A stretch of 64,000 bases of DNA from Candidatus Moraniibacteriota bacterium (lineage in GTDB: Bacteria > Patescibacteriota > Minisyncoccia > Moranbacterales > UBA2206): positions 167,411-231,410 of the forward strand of contig JAUSNP010000003.1 of NCBI GenBank assembly GCA_030645735.1, in the 5' to 3' direction. Each line of letters starts with the position of its first letter. Position 1 is the first letter of the stretch. The position numbers were made by a program, and so were the translations under genes. Below the pieces are notes generated by a model. That model worked only from the letters and a program-made list of their open reading frames with translations, ran no database searches and had not been told where the DNA came from. Positions 55,268 through 63,822 of this stretch are shown here, one piece after another.

Positions 55268-55350
55268 CTTGTATGTCGTAAGTAATTTTTGAATTAAAGA
55301 TATATTTGTCCGGGGGGGGGGGTCTTAAAAGTAGAAGAATTATTGAAATT

Positions 55351-56331
55351 ATGAAGATTCAACTGACTCATACATTTGCAGATATTATTTGTTTAGAAAA
55401 CTTGTTAGAAGCTTGGAAAGAATTTGTCAGAGGCAAAAGAAATAAAAAAGATGTCCAAGAATTTTCTTTGCATCTGATGGACAACATCTTTGCGCTTCAC
55501 CACGACTTAGTTAATCATACCTACAAACACGGTGGTTATCAAGCTTTCAAAATAAATGACCCCAAACCCAGAGACATTCACAAAGCCACGGTAGGTGACC
55601 GACTTTTGCATCATGCAATTTATCGAAAACTCTATCCATTTTTTGACAAGACTTTCATTGCTGATTCATATTCCTGCCGGATCAACAAAGGCACGCACAA
55701 GGCTATCAAAAAATTTAAAGCTTATTCTTTAATAGTAAGTAAAAACAACACCACAACTTGCTGGATTCTCAAATGCGACATCCGCAAATTCTTTGCCAAC
55801 ATTGACCACACAATTCTGATCAAAATTCTAGCTGAATATATTCCAGACAAAAACATTCTCGAACTGCTGGAAAATATTATTGAAAGCTTTGCAACTAAGC
55901 CTAATGTTGGCCTGCCACTTGGCAATCTCACTAGTCAATTGCTAGTTAATATTTATATGAACAAGTTTGATCAATTTGTGAAACATCAAATGAAAGCCAA
56001 ATACTATATCCGCTATGCTGATGACTTTGTGTTTTTAGCAGAAAGTAAAAGTGAACTAGAAGAAAAACTTTCAATTGTTGAAAAATTCTTAGCTACTAAG
56101 CTGAAACTAGAGATGCACCCAGACAAAGTTTTTATCAAAACGCTGGCAAGTGGTGTGGATTTTTTAGGTTGGGTAAATTTCTCAGATCATCGAGTCTTGC
56201 GAACAGCGACTAAAAAGAGAATGATGCGAAGAATTGAAGAAAATTCAAAAGAGGAGGTGATAAATTCGTATTTGGGTATGCTAAGACACGGGAATGGGAG
56301 AAAATTAATAACGAAGATTTCTAGATTTTGA
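55351..56331 (+). CDS. DGR reverse transcriptase (ORF-track start 55306 is inside a G10 tract; start set at MKIQL)
   Basis: RT motifs incl. RYADDFVFL (YADD box) and GLPLGNLTSQLLVNIYMN (LGxxxSQ, the DGR-type variant of the QGxxxSP motif of group II/retron RTs). Confidence 0.8.
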   Translation: MKIQLTHTFADIICLENLLEAWKEFVRGKRNKKDVQEFSLHLMDNIFALHHDLVNHTYKHGGYQAFKINDPKPRDIHKATVGDRLLHHAIYRKLYPFFDKTFIADSYSCRINKGTHKAIKKFKAYSLIVSKNNTTTCWILKCDIRKFFANIDHTILIKILAEYIPDKNILELLENIIESFATKPNVGLPLGNLTSQLLVNIYMNKFDQFVKHQMKAKYYIRYADDFVFLAESKSELEEKLSIVEKFLATKLKLEMHPDKVFIKTLASGVDFLGWVNFSDHRVLRTATKKRMMRRIEENSKEEVINSYLGMLRHGNGRKLITKISRF

Positions 56332-57367
56332 ATTCTACTACATCTCCATCTTGCATAATATAATCCTTGCCTTCAGTGCGCAGAGTGCCGAGTTCACGGG
56401 CTTTGCTCCAGCTTCCGGCTTCGAGAAGCTTGTCCCATTGAATGATTTCGGCGCGAATGAATTTGTCTTTGAAATCATTGTGAATGGCGGTGCCAGCCAT
56501 GGGCGCGGACCAACCCTTTTGAATGGTCCAAGCGCGAGTTTCTTCCACGCCGGTGGTCAAATAGGTGATGAGTCCCAGCAGGGAATAGGCGGTCACAATC
56601 AGTTCATCAATGTTGGAAGTGACGCCAAGTTCTTGCGCCTCTTCTTTAGTCATCTCAATCAATTCTTCCTCAATCTTGATGTCCAGTTTCACGTGGTTTC
56701 TTTTTTCCAAATTGTCAGACAATTTTTGGTTGATGTCGGCCACATTGTAGATATACAAGAATGGCTTCATGGTCAACAATGACATTTCTCGCACAATGAT
56801 TTTGGTGCTTTCATCTTCCATGTTCAGTTCAGTTTCATTGGCTAGTTTGCCCGCTTCCAAATTGGCATTGATTTTGTTGAGGATTTCCAATTGTTCAGCG
56901 GCGCCTTTTTTGTTGCCCCGCACATCTTTTTCTAAACGGATTTTGGTTTTTTGCACAGTTTCTAGATCAGCCAAAATGAGTTCTGTGTTGATGATTTCAA
57001 TGTCACTTTCTGGATCAATTTTGTTGTTGACATGAATGATTTGCGAATTGTCGAAAACCCGCACCACTTGGGCGATGGCATCCACTTCACGAATGTTGGC
57101 CAAGAATTTGTTGCCCAAACCTTCGCCCTCAGAAGCCCCTTTGACGATGCCAGCAATGTCCACAAATTCCACAATAGCTGGAATGATCTTCTTGGTTTGG
57201 CTCATAGCTGACAATTTGTCCAAACGCTCATCCGGCACTTTCACAATGCCAATGTTGGGTTCAATGGTGCAAAAGGGATAGTTGTTGATATCTACTTGAG
57301 TGCGGGTCAAAGCCTTGAAAAGGGTTGATTTTCCAACGTTTGGGAGGCCGACGATTCCAATTTTCAT
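56321..57367 (-). CDS. ychF: Redox-regulated ATPase YchF
   Basis: [21 protein letters not shown]... G-domain with a TGS C-terminal domain. Confidence 0.92.
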   Translation of the reverse strand: MKIGIVGLPNVGKSTLFKALTRTQVDINNYPFCTIEPNIGIVKVPDERLDKLSAMSQTKKIIPAIVEFVDIAGIVKGASEGEGLGNKFLANIREVDAIAQVVRVFDNSQIIHVNNKIDPESDIEIINTELILADLETVQKTKIRLEKDVRGNKKGAAEQLEILNKINANLEAGKLANETELNMEDESTKIIVREMSLLTMKPFLYIYNVADINQKLSDNLEKRNHVKLDIKIEEELIEMTKEEAQELGVTSNIDELIVTAYSLLGLITYLTTGVEETRAWTIQKGWSAPMAGTAIHNDFKDKFIRAEIIQWDKLLEAGSWSKARELGTLRTEGKDYIMQDGDVVEFKI

Positions 57368-57556
57368 TTTTTCTACAAATTACGAATTAGTTGTGAATGT
57401 ACGAATTCTATACTAATATCTAGAAAGAATCAATGTTTTTGAAATTTAATCATTTGGATTTGATTTGACATTTGAAATTTTAAATTGGAAATTGGAGGGC
57501 ATAATATGGTATTATGGATATGTAAATTAATACAATTAACTGGTTAAATAAAAACT

Positions 57557-58915
57557 ATGAAAGAGTCCATTTTTAAGGCCTATGACATTCGGGGGATTTA
57601 TCCGAGTGAAATCAATGAATTGGATGTGTATAAAATTGCCACAGCGTTTTGTGAATTTGTGAAACCAAGTGAGGTGGTGATTGGAGCGGATGTGCGCCTG
57701 TCTTCACCATCTTTGAAAAAAGTGGCCATCAAGGCTGTGACAGATGCAGGCATTCGGGTGATTGATGTGGGAGAAATTTCGACTGATATGCTATATTTCT
57801 CGGTGGCGCACTATGGTTATGCGAGTGGTTTTTCCTTAACGGCGTCACATAATCCGAAAGAATACAATGGAATGAAGTGCGTGCGTGAGGAATCGATTCC
57901 CATCTCATCCGATAGTGGTCTATTCGAAATTCGCGATAGAGCCTTTGCCATGGAACTGAGCGAAGATGTTTTGCAAGGTGAAATCAACGAATCCTTGGTT
58001 GAGAAAAAAGATATTCTGGAAGACTATGCAGTCAAGATGCGATCGTTTGCGGACTTTTCTAAATTCAAGAATTTCAAAATTGCCGCTAATCCAAATTTTG
58101 GTGTGGCTGGACGCGCGCTGACAAAGGTTTTGGAAGGGACTCAGATTTCTGTAGAAAAATTGAACTATGAACCAGATGGCAATTTTCCCAAGGGTCGTCC
58201 AGATCCATTGATTCCAGAAAACCGTGATGAGCTTTCCAAATTGGTTGTGTCCACTGGCTCAGACTTTGGCGTGGCGTGGGATGCTGATGCGGATCGATGT
58301 TTTTTCTTCACCGAAAAAGGCGAATTTATTGAGGGTTATTTCATCACAGCTCTTTTGGCGAAAATATTTTTGCAAAGACAATCTGGGCAAAAGATTATTC
58401 ATGATACGCGCTTGACTTGGGCAATTGAGGATATCGTGAAAGAAAATGGTGGTGTGGATATTGCCACTAAGGCTGGGCATTCATTCATCAAGGAAAGAAT
58501 GCGCAAGGAAGATGCGGTGTTTGGTGGTGAGATGAGCGCTCATTATTATTTCCGCGACTACTGGTTCTGTGATAATGGCATGGTGCCGTTGGTGATGATG
58601 ATGGAATTTTTGTCGACTCAGGAAAAGACTTTGTCAGAGATTATGCATGAGATGTTTTGGCAGAAATATTTTGTCAGTGGTGAAATCAACACGCCAGTGG
58701 CGGATGTGAAAGCTGTTATTGAAAATGCCAAGCGAATTTATTCAGATGGCGCTGTGAAGATTGATGAGACTGATGGTATCTCAATTGATCATGCTGATTG
58801 GCGGTTCAATTTTCGTGGATCAAATACCGAGCCACTTATTCGCTTGAATGTTGAAGCGAAATCGCAATCGTTGATGGAGGAAAAGACCAAAGAAATGCTA
58901 GCGCTGGCTAAATAG
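57557..58915 (+). CDS. Phosphomannomutase/phosphoglucomutase (alpha-D-phosphohexomutase)
   Basis: Active-site loop TASHNPKEYNGMK; GVAWDADADR metal-binding loop. Confidence 0.88.
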   Translation: MKESIFKAYDIRGIYPSEINELDVYKIATAFCEFVKPSEVVIGADVRLSSPSLKKVAIKAVTDAGIRVIDVGEISTDMLYFSVAHYGYASGFSLTASHNPKEYNGMKCVREESIPISSDSGLFEIRDRAFAMELSEDVLQGEINESLVEKKDILEDYAVKMRSFADFSKFKNFKIAANPNFGVAGRALTKVLEGTQISVEKLNYEPDGNFPKGRPDPLIPENRDELSKLVVSTGSDFGVAWDADADRCFFFTEKGEFIEGYFITALLAKIFLQRQSGQKIIHDTRLTWAIEDIVKENGGVDIATKAGHSFIKERMRKEDAVFGGEMSAHYYFRDYWFCDNGMVPLVMMMEFLSTQEKTLSEIMHEMFWQKYFVSGEINTPVADVKAVIENAKRIYSDGAVKIDETDGISIDHADWRFNFRGSNTEPLIRLNVEAKSQSLMEEKTKEMLALAK

Positions 58916-58935
58916 TCTATCTAGTCTATATTCAA

Positions 58936-58966
58936 AAAACTCATCCGAAAGGGTGAGTTTTTACTT
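58936..58966 (+). terminator. Rho-independent terminator
   Basis: aaaaaactcatccgaaagggtgagttttt. Confidence 0.7.
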
Positions 58967-58996
58967 ACACGTCATTTTTATTTTATAAAAATTACA

Positions 58997-59200
58997 GAGT
59001 GTCCATTTTCTTTGGCAGCAAAGAAAGTGGACGAAAAGAAACTGCTGCCCAGACTCGTGCTGTCTAAATTTCTAGCTTATTCGCTAAAATTTTAGGGACG
59101 ACTTTCCGCTAAAAGGAGTAGCGAAAAATTTCTTAACGCTCGTGCGCTGAAATTTAGAAACGCACTTCGTTATGGGCGAATCGGATTTTTAAAATTTTTA
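58997..59200 (+). repeat. Modular intergenic repeat, copy D
   Basis: gtccattttctttggcagcaaagaaagtggac hairpin; ...ctcgtgctgtctaaatttctagcttattcgctaaaatt...aacgctcgtgcgctgaaatttagaaacgcac. Its reverse complement is copy E at 10470..10645. Confidence 0.8.
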
Positions 59201-59244
59201 ACTTTTATTTTTTGTTTAAAAACCATCACGCACTCGCGGAATAC

Positions 59245-59410
59245 CAAGATACAAATTGAAACTTACGAGCACTAAAAAATGCTGGTCCGGCGCGGGGCAA
59301 CCAGCATTTTTTTGCGAGAAAGTTGAAAATTTGTCTTGGTATGTAGCTGTGCGGCCTTTTTCTTTTTTGCCACTTTTCTTTTGGGAAAAGAAAAATGGCG
59401 AACAGTTTTA
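59245..59410 (-). repeat. Modular intergenic repeat, copy F (reverse complement of copy A; contains bidirectional GC hairpin terminator aaaaaatgctggtccggcgcggggcaaccagcattttttt)
   Basis: Matches the reverse complement of 10236..10400 at about 85-90% identity. Confidence 0.7.
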
Positions 59411-59482
59411 TTTTGTAAAAAATAAAACAGCTGAACAATCAAAAAAGCTACTTGCGTAGCTTCCCAGTATTTTGTAGAGAGA

Positions 59483-60508
59483 TTAGATTACAAATCCCAC
59501 TCGCTTTTTGACTTCTGTTAGTTTTTGCTGGGCGATGGGACGGACTTTGTCGGCGCCATCTTTTAAAATTTGTAGAACTTCATCATCGCTGATAGCTTCA
59601 ATCTTAGCTTGCAAAGGTTGCAAGAAATTGACGACTACGTCGGCTAGATCATTTTTGAAATCACCATAACCACGGCCGACATACATTTTTTCAATGTCAC
59701 CAGTTGATTTGTTAGACAGCAAAGAATAGATATTGATCAAATTTTTCAAAGCGGGTTTGCCCGCCTCGACTCGCGGAGACGCATCGTCGACGCGAGGCGG
59801 GTCATCACGATAGACAATCTCAGAGCCAGAGTCGGTCACGGCTTTTTTGATTTTCTTGCGGATGATTTCTTCGCTATCAGTCAACGCAATATAATTATAT
59901 TCAGACTTGGCAGACTTGCTCATTTTCTTGGAAGCATCGTCCAAGCCCATGATGCGCATGCCTTCTTTTTTCACAAAGTGTTCTGGGATGATGAAGGTGT
60001 CGCCGAATTTTTTGTTGAAACGATTAGCTAGCGTGCGAGTGATTTCAATGTGTTGCAATTGATCTTCACCAACCGGCACAACTTCAGTATTGTAGAGAAG
60101 AATATCAGCAGCCATCAACACTGGATAATCAAAGAGTCCGACGCTGGCACTTTCTTTGCCTTCTTTTTGTGATTTGTCTTTGAACTGAGTCATTTTTTCC
60201 AATTCAGGCATTTTGGCAATGGTGTTCAAAATCCAAGCCAATTCAGAATGTTCGGCCACATGTGATTGCACGAAAATTGAAGATTTTTTTGGATCAATGC
60301 CAGAGGCCAAATAAATCTTGGCAATTTCAATAGTCTTTCGGCGCAATTCGGCCGGATCTTGGGGGACAGTGATGGCATGCAAATCCACTACGCAAAAAAT
60401 GGATTCAAATTCATCTTGCAATTTGACCCAGTTTTGAATGGCGCCCAGATAGTTGCCGAGATGTAAGTTGCCAGATGGCTGGATGCCGGAAAAGATTCGT
60501 TGTTTCAT
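59483..60508 (-). CDS. trpS: Tryptophan--tRNA ligase
   Basis: IFSGIQPSGNLHLGNYLG (HIGH-type) and KMSKS motifs. Confidence 0.93.
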   Translation of the reverse strand: MKQRIFSGIQPSGNLHLGNYLGAIQNWVKLQDEFESIFCVVDLHAITVPQDPAELRRKTIEIAKIYLASGIDPKKSSIFVQSHVAEHSELAWILNTIAKMPELEKMTQFKDKSQKEGKESASVGLFDYPVLMAADILLYNTEVVPVGEDQLQHIEITRTLANRFNKKFGDTFIIPEHFVKKEGMRIMGLDDASKKMSKSAKSEYNYIALTDSEEIIRKKIKKAVTDSGSEIVYRDDPPRVDDASPRVEAGKPALKNLINIYSLLSNKSTGDIEKMYVGRGYGDFKNDLADVVVNFLQPLQAKIEAISDDEVLQILKDGADKVRPIAQQKLTEVKKRVGFVI

Positions 60509-60515
60509 TTTTTTA

Positions 60516-60591
60516 TTATTCCGGACTTAAGCCGGAATCTAATCAATTAAAATTAGTTTCGCGACTAGATTCCCGTTTCCACGGGAATGAC
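60516..60591. repeat. MITE-like element copy 2 (TATTCCGGACTTAAGCCGGAATCTA ... GATTCCCGTTTCCACGGGAATGAC)
   Basis: Same TIR-like ends and two-hairpin organisation as 51346..51443. Lies in the trpS upstream region. Confidence 0.55.
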
Positions 60592-60749
60592 AATCGCAAG
60601 TCTAATACTAAAATATCATTAAAATAGGCCTGTTGGCAACCCAGCACTAACTTTGTACAATATCACCTACGGTGACGTGCAAAGTTAATGCTGGGCGAGT
60701 CAAACAAAAAATCACCCTCGCGGGTGATTTATGTTTTTATTAGACGAGA

Positions 60750-61052
60750 TTATTTTATCTCGCCATCCATCTTGCGAAGCATTGAGCGCATCTCGAGGAT
60801 GCCAGCCAAAAAGAAGACAATGAAAATTATTTTGGCTGTGACGACGGTAGCTTGAGCCAGATCATTTCCTTCGAGTGTGAAGATTGGAATAATTTCTGAA
60901 ACAGTGAAAGCAATGATGGCAACTAGTAATAATTTAAATGAAATATCTAATTTTTTCTCAACTCGCCAGACTACGCCGAAAGTATAAGCAATCGAAAAAA
61001 AGGCAATGATAACAATGAAAAGATGGGAAAGAATTATTATTGAATCGTTCAT
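60750..61052 (-). CDS. Small integral membrane protein (3 predicted TM helices)
   Basis: 100 aa hydrophobic ORF; 4-bp overlap with the upstream gene. Confidence 0.45.
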   Translation of the reverse strand: MNDSIIILSHLFIVIIAFFSIAYTFGVVWRVEKKLDISFKLLLVAIIAFTVSEIIPIFTLEGNDLAQATVVTAKIIFIVFFLAGILEMRSMLRKMDGEIK

Positions 61053-62494
61053 CTACCCACCCCCTTTCTTTTAGTGACAAAGCCATGTCTGCGCAAATAA
61101 TTTTCCGTAATTTGAAAAAGTGCATGCCGGCTTTGATAATATTCAATGCTGAGTAGAATGATGAAAAATAGGAAAAATAGCAGGCTTAGCCAGCCCAAGC
61201 TTTGCATCAGCTGAGTGAGGGAAACAGTCGTTGTTCCAGCGCTGAAAAGTGGCAATTCTTTGATTTGAAAAAAGGCTTCACCTGAAATGAAATCACTCCC
61301 ATCAGAAGTTTGGACGATGACTCGATATTTGCCAGCTTTAGCTAAAATTGGAATGGCCAAATTTTTAGTGAGAGAGTTGATTTGGGTTGGATTGATTTTT
61401 TCAGAGTTTTCAAAAATAATCTGTCCATCAGTGCTGAGCACAGTATAAGTAAAGTCAAATTCTTTATCAGGGAAAGGTAGTGTTTTTTTGAGAAGATCTA
61501 TATTGATAGATAAATCACTGCCAGCATAAACAGCATGCTCAGGATTCTTTACAGAAACCTCAATGGAAAAAGGTGTAGAGGGGATGGCATTTAGCGATAC
61601 ATCAGATGGAAAGCTAGATTGTTTTTTTTCTTGGGTTTTCTTCTTGTCTTTGTTATCGTGCGTATCTTTTTGCGGACTCACTGCAGTTATTTCAGAAATA
61701 AGTTCAAATTGAAAAGAATCCGAAGCCGTGATTGTTGAGTCATTCGGGTCTGTAGCAATGGTATATAGAGTGTGATTCCCAAGGGCTAGTGTCACAGGAC
61801 ATTCCCATGACCAGTAGCCATTGTTGTTGGCGTAAGTGGTCGCGGTGATGGCAGGGCCACTGTGTAAGATGATGGATATTTTAGCATTAGGGATGTTAGT
61901 CAGACCAGAAAAAGATGGTTGATTGTTGGTTGTTTGTGGATTGCCAGCATAAGCTTCGATGCTTTGCAATTGAAAGGTTGTTATTTTCTGAATTGGAAGC
62001 AGATTTGAAATTCCGCATTCGGAAGGTGTCGCAATGGTGATGGGTTGAGAAATTGCAAAGCCAGGACCCATTGGCCCGTGTGCCGTGACAACATAAGAGT
62101 AGGCGGTGTTTATGCTGACCTGATTGTCTATATATATTGGCCCATTCGTGCCAGTTATCAAAATATCCCCATCCCTACTGATATCAAAGTTTTCCGAATT
62201 TTCATCGTTTGGCCAATTAAGCATAATGCCTAAATTGTCATTACTGCAAATGGCCTCGCCAGAAACAACTGGTTCAATTGGAGAATCAAGAACCTTGCCT
62301 ACCAGCGTAATTGTTTCATCAGCTAAGGCTTTGGATTTAGTTTGCATATCAGCAAGCATAAAAGCCGGAGTGAAAATTGCTGACAAAGCGACATAGAGCC
62401 CAAACGAAATCAGAAAAAAAACAGAATGCATTCGCGCAACTCGTCTTAGTTTACTAATTTTTTTGACACCTTTTTTCATAACTACATTATACAC
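61049..62494 (-). CDS. Large secreted/surface protein with N- and C-terminal TM anchors (Ig-like beta-rich middle)
   Basis: 481 aa. N-terminal TM anchor. Ser/Thr/Asn-rich beta-type segments. Lys-rich linker. C-terminal TM + basic tail. Confidence 0.5.
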   Translation of the reverse strand: MYNVVMKKGVKKISKLRRVARMHSVFFLISFGLYVALSAIFTPAFMLADMQTKSKALADETITLVGKVLDSPIEPVVSGEAICSNDNLGIMLNWPNDENSENFDISRDGDILITGTNGPIYIDNQVSINTAYSYVVTAHGPMGPGFAISQPITIATPSECGISNLLPIQKITTFQLQSIEAYAGNPQTTNNQPSFSGLTNIPNAKISIILHSGPAITATTYANNNGYWSWECPVTLALGNHTLYTIATDPNDSTITASDSFQFELISEITAVSPQKDTHDNKDKKKTQEKKQSSFPSDVSLNAIPSTPFSIEVSVKNPEHAVYAGSDLSINIDLLKKTLPFPDKEFDFTYTVLSTDGQIIFENSEKINPTQINSLTKNLAIPILAKAGKYRVIVQTSDGSDFISGEAFFQIKELPLFSAGTTTVSLTQLMQSLGWLSLLFFLFFIILLSIEYYQSRHALFQITENYLRRHGFVTKRKGVGR

Positions 62495-62518
62495 TAAAAA
62501 ATGTGATATAATAAGACT

Positions 62519-63613
62519 ATGAAAAATATCTTCAAAGAAATCAAAACAAAACTAAAATTTTTGAAAACAATTTTGCCACACGCAACTTTTGTTTTTTTGT
62601 TGGTGATGCCAGCCAGTACCAATTATAAATTGAAAGATTATGGCTTCGGCAATGGTGGCGCGAGCAATGCTACCTCAACCAACTATGCCATGGAGGTGAT
62701 TGCCGGTGAGCAAAGTGCGGGCAAACTGACAGGTGTCGCCTATAACGCTGGAACCGGTCTGTCTTTCACTAATCAAGCCAATGTGCCAAGCGCACCAACT
62801 TTCAGCAATCCGAGCAATTATTATAACAAACTACAAATCATTCTCAACACTTCTGGCAATCCAACTGATACCAAGTATGCCATCGCCATCAGCACGGACA
62901 ACTTTGTGACGACCAATTATGTCAAAAGCGACAACACTGTTGGCGCAACCCTGATCCTTGCAGATTATCAAACATATGCAACGTGGGGAGGTGGCAGTGG
63001 TTTCTATGTAATTGGTTTGACTGCCGGCACAACATATAAAGTGAAAGTCAAGGCGATGCAAGGTAAATTCACCGAAACTGGCTATGGTCCAATTGCAACA
63101 GCAGCGACAGTGAATCCAACCTTGTCTTTTGATATTGATGTTTCATCCACGGATTCAAAGACGGCTCCACCATTCACAATCAACTTTGGTAGTTTGCCAG
63201 TGAACACTGTGACTGATAGTCCGCAAAAAATTTGGGTAGATTTTGCGACCAATGGTGAATTGGGCGGAAAGGTGTATGTGGCTGGACAAAATGCTGGTCT
63301 CACGAGCGCGACAAAGAGTTACACAATTTCCGCGATGACGGGGAATCTAGCAGGAGCCTCAGAAGGTTTTGGTGCACAAGGCTCATCTGTAGCGCAAAGC
63401 TCAGGCGGACCGCTGACAGTAGCAACTTTGTATGATCAAATTGGCAGCACAGTTGGTATTGTGGATTCTGCAATGCGAGAAATGTTTTCTTCAACTGGAC
63501 CAATCGTTGGTGGTCGCGGATCTTTTTTATTGAAAGCCAAAACATCGACTATTACGCCGTCAGCCACTGATTATAGCGAAATATTTACTGTAATTGCTTC
63601 AGGAAATTTTTGA
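62519..63613 (+). CDS. Secreted hypothetical protein (signal peptide, Thr/Gly/Ser-rich beta-rich)
   Basis: 364 aa; N-terminal hydrophobic signal ...FVFLLVMPAST. Confidence 0.5.
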   Translation: MKNIFKEIKTKLKFLKTILPHATFVFLLVMPASTNYKLKDYGFGNGGASNATSTNYAMEVIAGEQSAGKLTGVAYNAGTGLSFTNQANVPSAPTFSNPSNYYNKLQIILNTSGNPTDTKYAIAISTDNFVTTNYVKSDNTVGATLILADYQTYATWGGGSGFYVIGLTAGTTYKVKVKAMQGKFTETGYGPIATAATVNPTLSFDIDVSSTDSKTAPPFTINFGSLPVNTVTDSPQKIWVDFATNGELGGKVYVAGQNAGLTSATKSYTISAMTGNLAGASEGFGAQGSSVAQSSGGPLTVATLYDQIGSTVGIVDSAMREMFSSTGPIVGGRGSFLLKAKTSTITPSATDYSEIFTVIASGNF

Positions 63614-63643
63614 AAATACAGCATAGGATATTGTTAAATAATC

Positions 63644-63664
63644 CTTGCCTGCCGACAGGCAGGT
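63644..63664. repeat. GC-rich palindrome CCTTGCCTGCCGACAGGCAGG (copy 4, variant)
   Basis: Same arms as copies 1-3, with one extra T and a GAC centre. Confidence 0.75.
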
Positions 63665-63822
63665 GCCTAGAAAAGAATTTGACTGAGTAAAGTTATCCAC
63701 ATATAGGAGTAGCGCATATTTTTTTGACACGGCCTGTCAAAAATGCTATAATTGAGTAAATTGAAATAAAAATAATAAAAATAATTCTTCCTAATACTTT
63801 TTGGGGGAGCAAAAACAAAAGT

